64,000 bases of DNA from NCBI RefSeq assembly GCF_006345805.1, contig NC_043001.1, positions 100,874,001 through 100,938,000 of the forward strand. The letters are read 5' to 3'. Made by a program: the position numbers and the translations under genes. Position 1 is the stretch's first letter. Every line of letters starts with the position of its first letter. This DNA comes from Octopus sinensis. Lineage: Eukaryota. The notes below the pieces were generated by a model, which saw only the letters and a program-made list of their open reading frames with translations, was not told where the DNA came from and ran no database searches. This document shows, piece by piece, positions 26,850 through 38,379 of the stretch.

Positions 26850-27650
26850 TTTAAATATCTCTAAGAAAATTGGAACATTTTGGGTAAATGATGCTTCCTA
26901 CTATATTGACAATGATGATTCCTTGAGAATGGTCAGAACGTCACTGGATACCATTATGTCTCTCAGTTGAATTTCTATTTTGATGTCACCTGAAATGTAT
27001 GTCTCTGTAGAAACTTAAATACTCTCCATTTAGGTATAGCCACATGCCTGGTTCGGGAACACCACCAGACTGTTGGGTGCCTGGAGTACATTCTGCAGCA
27101 AGTATTTGCACCAGATCTGAGAGTATGCCAACGAGTTTCCCTCTATCAAACTCAAAGTCCTTTCAGAAGGTCATAAATGCTGCCGTTTCCCCTCTGAGTA
27201 AAATCTAAAAATGATAAACTTCAGTCTCTGCATCAATTTCAATAAAACGTAGCAGTTATTTTTTTCTGCATTCTTTATAATCTAATGGTAGAGCTACAGT
27301 TCAAGAAATAACTCATTGAGCTGCCTTCCAGCATTTTTGATATAAAACACCTCTCCATTCCTTGTCACAGACTAGGTATGTTGTCTTAGTCCTGTATACA
27401 CTGCTTAAGCATTTGATAGCTTGCAGTTTTGATTAACCCTACAATTGCATTGAAATCCTTGGTGTTATCATGGTTTTTAAGTACTTGAGGCTTGTTCATA
27501 ATGATACTACCCACACCCTCTGTACAGTCGTAATTAACTTCAATGTTTTTCTTATTAAATTGGTAAACGTACTCGTGACTGTGCAAAGTGTTTACCATTA
27601 ATACAGAGAAGTTTCTAGTTATGTTACTTACAACATTCTTATACCTCATA
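26850..27650 (-). mobile_element. Decayed APE endonuclease region of a LINE (RTE-like)
   Basis: DFNAIVG (GDFNAKVG motif), KNAGRQLNELFLE, YHF*ILLR and KDFEFDRG..SDLVQILAA (RGAD..SDH) in the correct order; several stops. Confidence 0.55.
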
Positions 27651-27793
27651 TGATGTATTAGATATTTTTCTATTTAATTTCATTGACACCTATCAAATAT
27701 ATTTCCATTCTAATTCAATTCTCTCCTGAATTCTGTGAGGAATTTCTGGCACTAGTGGTGTGTATACATATATGTCAATGTGAGTGCATGTCT

Positions 27794-27824
<31 letters not shown>

Positions 27825-28616
27825 CATAAAAGCTTGGGTGTGTTTGTATATCTAAATCTACATGGATGTAAATATTTGTCTGTGTGTGTGTGTGTACATA
27901 TGTCAGTATGTCTGAGTGTGTGTTTGCCATTACACCCAGATGTTTTACTTTTCATTCTGTAAATATGTTACGTAAAAAAACACTAAACAGATTTATAGAT
28001 ACACGCACACATGCATGCACACATGCAGGCACACACACACAGACACCCCTCAAATACAAATGCACAGCTACATAAACTAATAAAGGATCCCTTTTTTGGT
28101 CTTTTGACCTGCTAAAGATAGCAGCTATATCTCTATCAAATCAAAACCCAACAAAGACAACACATCAGGTAACATAATTTAAGAAAGCCATAAAAAAATG
28201 GGGAAAAATCATGGCAGGAATGGTTTACTCGGTGAACACGAATATAGCTCTGTGTGTGTGTGCGTGGGTGGGACAGTCATGGATTTCCATCACTAACAGC
28301 ACTGTGACCCCTCAACATTTTCCATTGACATGGATTAGACTGCTTCAGAGAGAATTTGTTGAGTAGATGAAATTCGTTGATGCCGACCCATTCTTCTGTC
28401 TGAAGTCAGATACTTGACTCTGTGCTTCCATAAACTGGATACTGTGAGACATCTTGTTCATGAGACACATAAACAATGCCACCCCGATTCTCTGTTGGCT
28501 AAAGACACATAAATACAAACACTGATGTACACACACGCACACACACATATGTATTTTACATATATGTGGGGGGGAGGGGGTGTATGTGAGTGTGTATAAT
28601 TTCGAACAAACAGTAA

Positions 28617-28694
28617 GTTGTCATTATAGTACTCGGAGTTTCGAATATCGGAGTGAAGAGCTACGATACATTCTCATCGGCTATTTATAGCAAC
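28617..28694 (-). ncRNA. Type I hammerhead ribozyme motif with extended helices I and II
   Basis: GUUG..AUAG-CCGAUGA-GAAU(GU)AUCG[13-nt loop]CGAUAUUC-GAA-ACUC(C)GAGU-A-CUAU..CAAC; G10.1-C11.1; GUA site. Confidence 0.75.
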
Positions 28695-28861
28695 AGACGC
28701 TATATAAAACCATTAAATATAAGGGAAGTTACTGTAATATATATATTTTATGTATAAATATATATATATTGTGTTTGCGTGTGTGTATGTGTGCAGTATG
28801 TGAATGTGCATATGTACATATATATATATATATACTTTATTTAAAAGCAGCAAAAATTCAA

Positions 28862-28910
28862 CAAAACCTGTTACTTGGAGTTTCACGTTCCTGTTCATCA
28901 GACAGTTTTG
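28862..28910 (-). ncRNA. Type I hammerhead ribozyme motif
   Basis: CAAAACUGU-CUGAUGA-AC(AGGAAC)GU-GAA-ACU(CCA)AGU-A-ACAG(G)UUUUG; 9-bp bulged helix I; GUA site. Confidence 0.65.
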
Positions 28911-29169
28911 TTAAAATCAAATAAAGTAAATAAAGTTTTTCCACCTTGTTTCACATTTATGTGTTTACTCTGGTATATATATATATATATATGTATAAAT
29001 AATAAGGGTAAAAATTAATATCTATTTAAACCAGTGGCCATACATTCTGGCATTTGACAGTGGTTCATCATTATACAAGCTAACACTTCTTCTTCTCTCC
29101 TCCTCTTTCTTCCTCTCACTCTCTCTCACCCCTTCTCTCTGCCCCTCTCTCTCTCTCCCTCACTTTCTT

Positions 29170-29890
29170 GCAGAAATTATAACACCAGAACAAATATGCT
29201 TGATTAGCAAAAGAAACAAGGTGATACTTCATTGCAGATACCAGAAGAATTAGTTTTTGAAAGGAAAATGAACCAAAACACAACCAACACGAACATCTGA
29301 TGAAACTGCAACAGAAAAGGAAGTGGAAACACAATAATGCTTGTCTGAATGGAACAACAAAGCAACAAAATAACTAAACATATTAACTCACAGGAAAAAA
29401 TTGACTCTTGAGAGACATCAGATATAAAATGCAAACTCCAACAGGAGTAGATATTAAAACGTCTTTAGTGACAGATATTTAATATGTAAGATATAATAAA
29501 AATAACAACTTATGAAGCAGAGAGTCTGACAACTTTTAACAATGAGTATTTGAAGGATGCAATCAACAACAACTGAACCAGCCAATCAAAAGGTAATAAA
29601 CACATAAAGAAATCTATGAGTTAGCAACAGAGGAATGCAATTACAGAATCAGAAAGTGAAGACAGAATGACCACTAAATTAGTCAATGAAAAATTATTGA
29701 CAGATATACAATTTTAGGGGGAAAAAATTAGATAAATGGGTTGTATAAAACTATATAAAGTTAAACAAAAGTGGAATCGAACAATGGAAAATAGTGCAAC
29801 CAACAGAAAACATAGAGGATTAAGAAAATTCCTTTATGAAAGACTATTTAGTGAGTAAAAAAATCTGAGATGGTTATTTGCATTTTTATT
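29170..29890 (+). mobile_element. Highly decayed LINE relic, probably R4/Dong pre-RT region
   Basis: A-rich remnant frames (..WKHNNA..; RKFLYERLL..K); weak similarity by eye only. Confidence 0.35.
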
Positions 29891-30367
29891 CTTAATTACA
29901 CCTAGGCAGGTTCAGACACAAAATGTGTTAGTCGTTTTAATATAAATCAAAGGAGAATAACTTCCCTCTTTTTAAGATAACCATGTGTTGAACATACCTG
30001 ATTCATTGGCACATAGGATTCTGTGACACCAGGGAACAAATCTGCAGATAATCATTCCATATCTCACTGCACATGCTGCAAGTAATGATTGTTTTATCAG
30101 TTGGCAGATATATAAGCACTGCTCAACAGATTTATACATTGAAAGTATACAAAAAAAAGCCAATGGCTTGGTTTAGATTTAAAAGACCCAGGTGTATTTC
30201 TGGCTCATGAGGCACATTTTGAAATACTAGTGCCACACACCCCATGTGCCTATGAGCCAAGTGTATTGAACACACAGCCATCATAAAAGAGAGGAGTTAT
30301 TCTCCTATTACCCAGCAGTAACCAACATATTTTGTGTCTAAGATATACACACACACACACACACACG

Positions 30368-30459
<92 letters not shown>

Positions 30460-30592
30460 ATATTAGTTTATATATAGAGGGCATTATTATACATACATGC
30501 CACACGCTAAGAGGGACAAAATTAGTCATTTCTACCAAAAATTTTACTAATCCCACCGAATGCAATTTTTCAAAGTAAGACATTTAAAATAT

Positions 30593-30641
30593 AGACTTGT
30601 ATCACCTGTGATTTCATACCTCTGTATTCATCAGCAAGCCT
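30593..30641 (-). ncRNA. Type I hammerhead ribozyme motif
   Basis: AGGCUUG-CUGAUGA-AUAC(AGAG)GUAU-GAA-AUCAC(AG)GUGAU-A-CAAGUCU: all three helices pair; AUA site. Confidence 0.75.
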
Positions 30642-30918
30642 GGACGCATCATAAATAAACGACCCTACCTCGTCTAAGCCGAGCAGCTAACTGATCAACA
30701 TCAACGAAGCACATGGGTGAGTTTACATATATTACATCCGGTAAATGGCAGACTTTTACGAATTGCATTTCGGGAAAGAAAAGTTTTTTCGGAATAAAAA
30801 TTTAGCAATTAAGGACAACTTCTTAATAAGGAAAACTTAACAAGAAATTATCAGGTAGATAGCGTGAAAGACCTCATAAGAAAAAATTTCGAAAATAATT
30901 CTTTCTTATTGAACATAT

Positions 30919-30987
<69 letters not shown>

Positions 30988-30988
30988 C

Positions 30989-31031
<43 letters not shown>

Positions 31032-31054
31032 TATATATATATATATCATTCACA

Positions 31055-31232
31055 ATGATAGATTGCTAGCCACTATACCTTTTTCTATTTTCTCTTCCTG
31101 TTTAGTTCTGTGTTCCTTCTGTTGAAGAGCATAGGCTCGAAATGTAAAAGAATTTTTTTCCCGAGCATTAAACTAATACATCTGATTGTTATTTACACAC
31201 CCATCTTTGTCTTTTGTTCTTTTGTAAATTCT
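31055..31232 (+). mobile_element. Penelope-like terminal-repeat fragment (family A) between (TA)n tracts
   Basis: ctgttgaagagcataggctcgaaa at 31119-31142; same downstream sequence as the other two copies. Confidence 0.55.
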
Positions 31233-31245
31233 CACTATATATATA

Positions 31246-31290
<45 letters not shown>

Positions 31291-31493
31291 CACACACACA
31301 CATATATATATATAAAGCACCCATTACACTCTCTAAGTGGTTGACATTAGAAATGGCATCCAGCCATAGAAACCATGCCAAATCAGACTGGAGTCTGGTG
31401 CAGCCCCTCAGCTACCAGCCCTAGTCAAACTGTCCAACTCATGCCAGCATGGTCAAGGGGACACTAAATGATGATGATGATGATGATGATGAC

Positions 31494-31529
<36 letters not shown>

Positions 31530-31555
31530 TAAAATAAAAAGTAAATTCTGGTCAT

Positions 31556-31617
31556 AGAGTGACCAATAGTTTCGTATCCATTCCAGCCACAGCCTTGTGG
31601 ACAGCTCATCAGACTCT
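31556..31617 (-). ncRNA. Type I hammerhead ribozyme motif
   Basis: AGAGU-CUGAUGA-G(C)UGUCCA[17 nt]UGGAUAC-GAA-ACU(AUU)GGU-C-ACUCU; canonical GUC site. Confidence 0.7.
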
Positions 31618-31635
31618 TTCTCTCTATATATACAT

Positions 31636-32515
31636 CCGTAAAAACTATAGACACTCTGGAAATCGATTCTGTCAAATGCCCCAGTGATTCATTAAAAGTA
31701 GTAGATAATTTCTGCTAATTAAGAGAGAGTGTGACAGCTAGAATAAGAATAGGATGGAGGAAATTCCGAGAGCTGTTACCTCTGATGGTTACAAAAGGTT
31801 TCTCTCTTCAAATGAAAGCAAAGTTTATGATGCATGTATACAGACAACAGTTCTACATGTTAGTGAGATGTGGCCCCTGACTGATGAGGACATGTGAAGG
31901 TTAGAAAGAAATGAAGTTACTATGCTCTGCTGGATGGTCAATGCAAGTGTATATGCTTGGCAGAGTGCTGGTGCATTGAGAGAGAAGTTTAGCATATGAG
32001 GAATTAGTTGTTTGCAAGAGAGAAAATTCTGCTGGTTTGGTTGTGTGATGTGGATGGATGCCGACGGCTCCATAAAGAAGTGCTGATCTCTTAATATAGA
32101 GAGAACTTGTGGAAGTGCGAGACCCAGAAAGATATAGGAGGAAGAGCTGAAAAATGACTTCAGGATGCTGAACCTTTCAAGTGAGAAGACAAAGGACTGA
32201 GATGCCTGGCACCTGGCTGTACTCAAGAAGACCTGAACTCCACTGTAGGTGAAGTGTTAAGACTGTTCCCACTGGTGGTGAGGATTGGCCTGCAAGACAT
32301 CTGGGCCAATGCCATGTCAAAATCACTCATGGCAGTGACACGTAAAAGCACTCAATACACTGTAAAGTGGTTGGTGTTAGGAAGGGCACCAAGCAGTAGA
32401 AACCTTGCCAAATCAGACTGGAATCTGGTGCAGCCTTCCAGCTTGCTAGCTCTGGTCCAAACCATCCAAAACCACATCAGCATGGATAACAGATGTTAAA
32501 TGATGATGATGATGA
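31636..32515 (+). mobile_element. Decayed RTE LINE 3' fragment with (GAT)n tail
   Basis: Translates to ESVTARIRIGWRKFRELLPLMVTKG...RLERNE with stops; homologous to 9960-10960. Confidence 0.85.
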
Positions 32516-33056
32516 TATATACATATATACATGTACATATCAGAGCAGATGTATCAGGTGATTCAGGTGTCTTTTTCTCAAGTATGTGGTTTTGGCTTCA
32601 GTCCCACTGTGCACAATGTTGGGTGCCCTCTATTATAACATCAGGTCAGCCAAAACCTTGAGAAAGAATTTGTTTGAGGGAAACTGAAAGTAGTCCATCG
32701 TGTGTGTGTGTGTTGAAATGTACCCTTTGTCCTGACATCACAGGATGGCTGTAAGCCAGAATAACCCTCATGAAAATAATGTCCTTCATTTCCAGTCTTC
32801 CATGATAAACATGTCTGGCCATGGGGAAATATTACCTTTGTAGGAAACAGGTATGGGTTGGTGGCAGGAAAAGCATCCAGCCTTAAAATATCTGTCACAA
32901 TGAATTCCATATGGCTCTTGTAAGCATGAGAAAGAGGTTCTTAAACGATGATGATATATCATATATATATCATATATCATATATATAATTTTACAGTTTT
33001 ACTTCAAATTTTTTTTAAAACTATTATTCAATATATTATACGATATTCATATTTTA

Positions 33057-33148
33057 CATCTCTGAAGAGCAGAAGTGTTGTCTATAAATGCTTATCAATA
33101 TAGGATTTCATTATAGGGACAACTCTTCTGTGAAACGATCGTAAGATG
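33057..33148 (+). ncRNA. Type I hammerhead ribozyme motif with long helix II
   Basis: CAUCU-CUGAAGA-GCAGAAG/GUUGUC/UAUAA...UUAUA/GACAAC/CUUCUGU-GAA-ACGAUCGU-A-AGAUG; 8-nt palindromic helix III; GUA site. Confidence 0.78.
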
Positions 33149-33962
33149 CTTTAAATAATTAATTCAAAACTTTTATACATCATATTTATATTTATATTTA
33201 TACATATTTACATATATTTTTATATATATTTATATTTATTTATTTATATATGTTTTTAATACAATAAGTACTTTCACACGGGTATATCTTTATGATGAGT
33301 TTGGATATTAATTTCCTTATATTAATAATAATATATTATTAAAAAATATATGTATATGTATCATATATATATAAACATATGCATATAGCCATATATTGTA
33401 AACTTTAGCTGAAATCCAGTGATAACTTCTCAAGAAGAATGACATAATCTATGTTTTTCTCTCTGATCTATCCAATATTAAGACACTGGATATATTTACT
33501 GATTAAAAAAATAATTTAGTGTAATTATTTAAAGTAGTATTACGTACAGCAGTTTGACATGAAGAATATATTAGTAGATAATAAAGAATATATATATACA
33601 TATATTTTACGTTCTATATTTGTTTGTTTTTTTTTGTTTTTGGTATTGTTTCTCACACATTTCCTGAAGCACAAATCCAACAATCTTCTCACTGACTTGA
33701 ATGCAACAGTTGCAGATGAATCAACATTTATGAATCAAGCAAAGCTTGTCAGCATGTTTCTGAAACCATTTATCCAAAGTATAATGAATTCCTATGATTC
33801 ATTTATTTTACACATTAATATAACCCAGGCTCGGTAATTTTGTAGTTATACTTAAGACATTCGTGCAGGCTCAAATGTGGGAAGATCACTGCTGAAATAT
33901 TTTCCTTGGTAGACAAATTATGTGCAAACACACTTCACTGGACTATGAATGATGTTACCAGA

Positions 33963-34007
33963 CTGTAGGACACGTGTTTCAGCATTGTTAGACTTCATCA
34001 GCTACAG
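33963..34007 (-). ncRNA. Minimal type I hammerhead ribozyme motif
   Basis: CUGUAG-CUGAUGA-AGU(CUAACAAU)GCU-GAA-ACACGUGU-C-CUACAG; perfect 6-bp helix I, palindromic helix III, GUC site. Confidence 0.75.
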
Positions 34008-34124
34008 GTATCAAATCCATAATTTGTAACCTACTAACAACTGCCATTCTTTAAACAACAAAAACTTTAAAAATTACTATTTGTAAATCTCACAATGAGA
34101 GATATTCAGCAACAGTACTTTGGA

Positions 34125-34412
34125 GTAAAGATTATTTGCCAACATAGCATGGCAGTCCTAGTTTAGGACGTATGTAACAGTAATTTAGCCCCAGAAGACA
34201 TCGTCTCCAGCTAGGCTGATGAAGGGAAATAACCCGGAAATCGCAATACACAGATATTCTTTTGAGTTGGGGTGCTAGATATCTTTTTTTGAAAATATAA
34301 GGACACAGATTGTGTCACACAGCCAGATGGAAACGATGTCTCCTGGGGCAAAATTACAGCAAAATTCGTCCTAAACTAGGACTGCCATGTTATGTTGGCA
34401 TATAATCTTTAC
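34125..34412. mobile_element. Fold-back/MITE-like element with about 95-bp TIRs
   Basis: gtaaagattat.tgccaacatagcatggcagtcctagtttaggacg...ggctg is mirrored at 34320-34412. Confidence 0.8.
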
Positions 34413-35789
34413 AACAAAATGTAAATTTGCCCCTGTGTGCAAAGCTTTCTCAAACTAGAATCACCCCATATTTTGGCATAGAAAAGTTGATATAAAATAT
34501 TTCGTAATAGATATCTAGACAGAAGCTGGGACTACAAGGGTAAGAGAGCATTTCAAATTCTGTTGCATTTCTCCTTTTATTAGTGGAGTTAAGACAATTA
34601 AACGAGTTGCTGTGTTGAACACATTTATTTACAAAATAAATTACAAACATGATAATGAAGCAGCCACTTCATACAAGGCCATACATATGACTGTATGACT
34701 GCAAAGTATATCATAATGGCAAAGAAGTCATTAAAGCAAATTAAAAGTCAACAAACCACATTGAAAATTAATTAGAATTATGAAACTATCAATTGATAAC
34801 AAAAGATAATTATGCGCAACTTAAAATCCAATAGAAAACCATCAAATTCAAATTCTTTATCATCATTTCATCTATCAAAAGGCCCAGTCCTTGTTTGATG
34901 TGTGGTGTGTATGCCTCAATGATCCTAAGAGCTGAGCCACTGAAGGGGAATCTTCTTGTAGGACCCACTCCCCATGATGTATACAGGTCAGAGGATAGAG
35001 GCCAGATTAATGAGGACCACCTCTTCCCAGAAGTAAAAATATTTAAAACTATTATTCAATAAATTCTCCATTCCATAAGGATATGATTGAAGGGAAATTT
35101 CTGATAGGGTGGGTAAGCAAATGTGTTACATAAATGTTCTCTCATGGACTCAAATATATTCATGTGTATGTATTTATACTCATGTTTTGAATTCTGTTTA
35201 GGTTAGAAAATAATAGCTCTTTATGCAAATAGGATAGGTCAAAGGAGGAGTAAAAATACTATAAAGTGTTGGTAATGCTAATTATGTTTATAGTACTAAG
35301 TAATAGTATTTATCATAATAATACATTACTTATCAATTTAATATAATTTTTCACTTACTACTAGTAGGCATTTCAGTCAATCCACTTATTATCCGAAATA
35401 GGTAGACCAGGGCCTACCACCAGGTATAATTGGTCAGTTAGTATTTAAAAACAAAAAACTGACTACTAATAAACCGTTATTCTCCAGGGTAAAATAAACA
35501 AATGATATAAGGTACAAGGGGCACGGAACTGTTTAAGTCAATATAAATATAAAAATAAAAAATATAAAGATATAAAGAAAATAAGATAAAATAAGACTAA
35601 TAAAATAAAACAATAATAAAAGATTAGAAAATTTTCCAGTTTGACGTTTAGGAATTTTGATGGTTAAAGGGAGAAAACCATTTAAGTCAATAAAATAAAA
35701 TAAATTTTGATGGTTAAAGGGCCTAAAACCATTGAAGTCAATAAAATAAAATAACAATAAAAATTTACCAGTTGGACATCTAGAAGTAT

Positions 35790-35985
35790 TGATGGATATC
35801 GCTAGCCACTAAACTTTTTTCTATTTTCTTTCCCTGTTTATTTCTGTGTTCCTGTTTATTTCTGAGCGTAGGCTCGAAACGTAAAAGACTTTATCACTTC
35901 CTGAGCATTAAACTAATACATCTGTTTTTTTGTTTACACACTCATCTTCGTCTTTTGTTGTTTTTTTTTTGTAAATTGTCGCTAT
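35790..35985 (+). mobile_element. Family A copy with the 5' core deleted
   Basis: gagcgtaggctcgaaacgtaaaagac...attaaactaatacatctg matches 31127-31232. Confidence 0.5.
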
Positions 35986-36344
35986 ATACACACAGACATA
36001 AATATATGTGGAAGTATCATCCATTGTCAACATTGTTATCCTCATCATGATCACCACGGTAACCACAAACTAAAGACCTCAAATATAAGAAACTATAGAA
36101 ATTGTGAAACTGAACAAAACCGGTTTTCATAGTTAGGCACTGTAGAGTTCTTGAATGATAAACAAATCTTCCCTAAAGCACACAGCTTTCCCAACTAAAG
36201 GAACTGAACTTGGTTTCTGCAATCTAGCTCATCACTGACAATAATGACTTATACACTATGCATGACTTCCAGATCTTTGAAATCTAAGCATTTGGGCCAT
36301 AGACTGGACTTTAGGAATTAAGATGTCTTAGCAATGAACATAGT

Positions 36345-36790
36345 GTTTCTTTATTAGCCACACAGGGCTGCACACAGATGGGACAGATTACAAAGTAGAG
36401 CTTTTCTTTTTGGGGAGAAAAAAAAGTGGGGTATGTTTTCGATCAAAAGGGATCGTAAAAGGGAAAGAAAAAAAAGAAAAAAAACGATCAATAGGGATCG
36501 TGTATCACAGAAATGTCATGATGTAAAGTGTAAAGGGGGGAGCAGATAAGGTTTATCCATGGAAAGAAAAGCCTACGGAAAAGACCACGGTAAACTCGGT
36601 CAATAATGTTACATGTTACCATATTTGTTTGCAAGTAGGTAACCCTCTGTTTTAAATTTTTCCGGGTTCATAGGGTTATGCTCAAGGTGGCTTCGTCATT
36701 CATACATGCCATTCTTGCTACATTCACCCATCTTTTTTTGAAACATTCGCTAGACAAAACCTGCCTCTCACTTCCCTTTTCAAGGGATAC
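36345..36790 (-). mobile_element. LINE 3' end, probably Tx1/L1-like
   Basis: ERQVLSSECFKKRWVNVARMACMNDEATLSITL* followed by a T-rich 3' UTR. Confidence 0.5.
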
Positions 36791-38379
36791 TTGAAGTGCT
36801 GAGGACAAGATCTGAACTGTTGACCTCTTCACTGGTCGTCCTGGACTGTATTGGTTCCGTCACAATAAACTCAGTGTGAAGTAACCACATTCAGGTGTTT
36901 AGGTAATGACTGACATTTTAGTATATTTGTTGTTGACACAGGTTTTACTTCACCAATTATAAACCAATAATCTGGCAGCCATTTTAAAAATAAAAAGCAA
37001 AACTCATTAGAATTTGTCTCTTGGCTTATTTTGCTCTCAATTCTAGATTTGTCTAATCATTAAACTCCTCACTCACTTTCCACACATACACAAGGAACTA
37101 AAAATACAGCAAAAAAATCAACTCTCAGCTCTCTCAAATGGGAAATAATGCTATTTATGCCTGAGGGAATCAAATGACTTGAAACTATAACAGAAATGTT
37201 ACCCACCCACTTGGAGACAACCTCCTCTTTATTTTATTCATCACATTTGATAAAACAAAGTTATGAAGTTCATGAGAATATTATGATTTGTTATCTATAC
37301 AAAATTATAATATGAGATATCACACATCAAAGATAATAATCAAACTCACATTTAAATTTATATAATGAAACTTAAATTTGGTTTTCTTATCAGATTGAAA
37401 GCAATGGTTTAGAAAACTGAACTAAAGCTAGCATAAAGCAATTATGCTCTGAAGAAAATAACTCATGATTGACTGATACTTGCTATAAATAGTTGAATCA
37501 AGAAGGTAAAAATTATGAAGCTGACAAGTATGTAGATAGTTTGCTAGGTCAATGATATTAATGTTGACAACAAGAATATTGTGTTAGAAATTCTGCTGCA
37601 AAATATAACCATGTTGTTAAATAAAAAACACTCACAAGAAAAATGTAACGAAACAGTTGCTGGCTTATATGTCACTAGAATCTATAGAAAAGTAAGCCAA
37701 GTAATTTTTTTTTTTTAGCAACCAAAATGTGATTTTTTTGTTCTTTCTATTACTGGTCAATACATTTGGGAGGATCTAATATATACAGAATCAAGAATCT
37801 ATCTTTGTACTGTTATTCAACTTTGTTGCTCATATACATGCTAGGGGCCCTTCACAGTTGTTTTGCTTAGCTCATTCTCATTTCACCACATATGCACATA
37901 CACACACACACACACACACACATGATGCTTTGGGTTATAAAGAAAGAAAAAAAATTAAAATAAATTACTAGAAACTTGTTAAAGGTTTCTATTAACTGGA
38001 AGTCTCCTCCATATTACAGAACTTTGCATTCCTGAATATGTTGCCATAACAGAGGATTCTTTAATGGAAGGTTTATTTTTCCTATTGATATCTGTGTTGG
38101 GAATTAATATATGCTCAGATGGGATTTTTACAACGAAATGTAAAGCAACTGTTTTTGTGTAGGGAAATAACAATTTTTAAGCTTACACTGTACACTATGT
38201 TTACATAAAAAGATTAGAAGAGAAATACATAAAGGATTACATGAGAATGCAGTAATATTATTGTAGAGTACATACTCATCACAAAAGATGTTGACTACTG
38301 TGTGATGGGAATGGGGAGTAATGGGAGTTTGTTGGAGGGAGAGAAGTACTATCTTCTGCTCCATACATTATCATCAGCC

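Noticed and set aside
27163-27165. In-frame UGA in a protein-like frame (possible A-to-I or selenocysteine recoding)
   Set aside because: The frame has several other stops and matches a decayed LINE APE endonuclease; ordinary decay explains it.
30635-30718. Apparent plus-strand first exon ending ATGG|GTGAGT in CpG-rich DNA
   Set aside because: The acceptor coincides with the hammerhead core on the other strand, and the region is better explained as a young TA-flanked repeat. Not excluded without RNA-seq.
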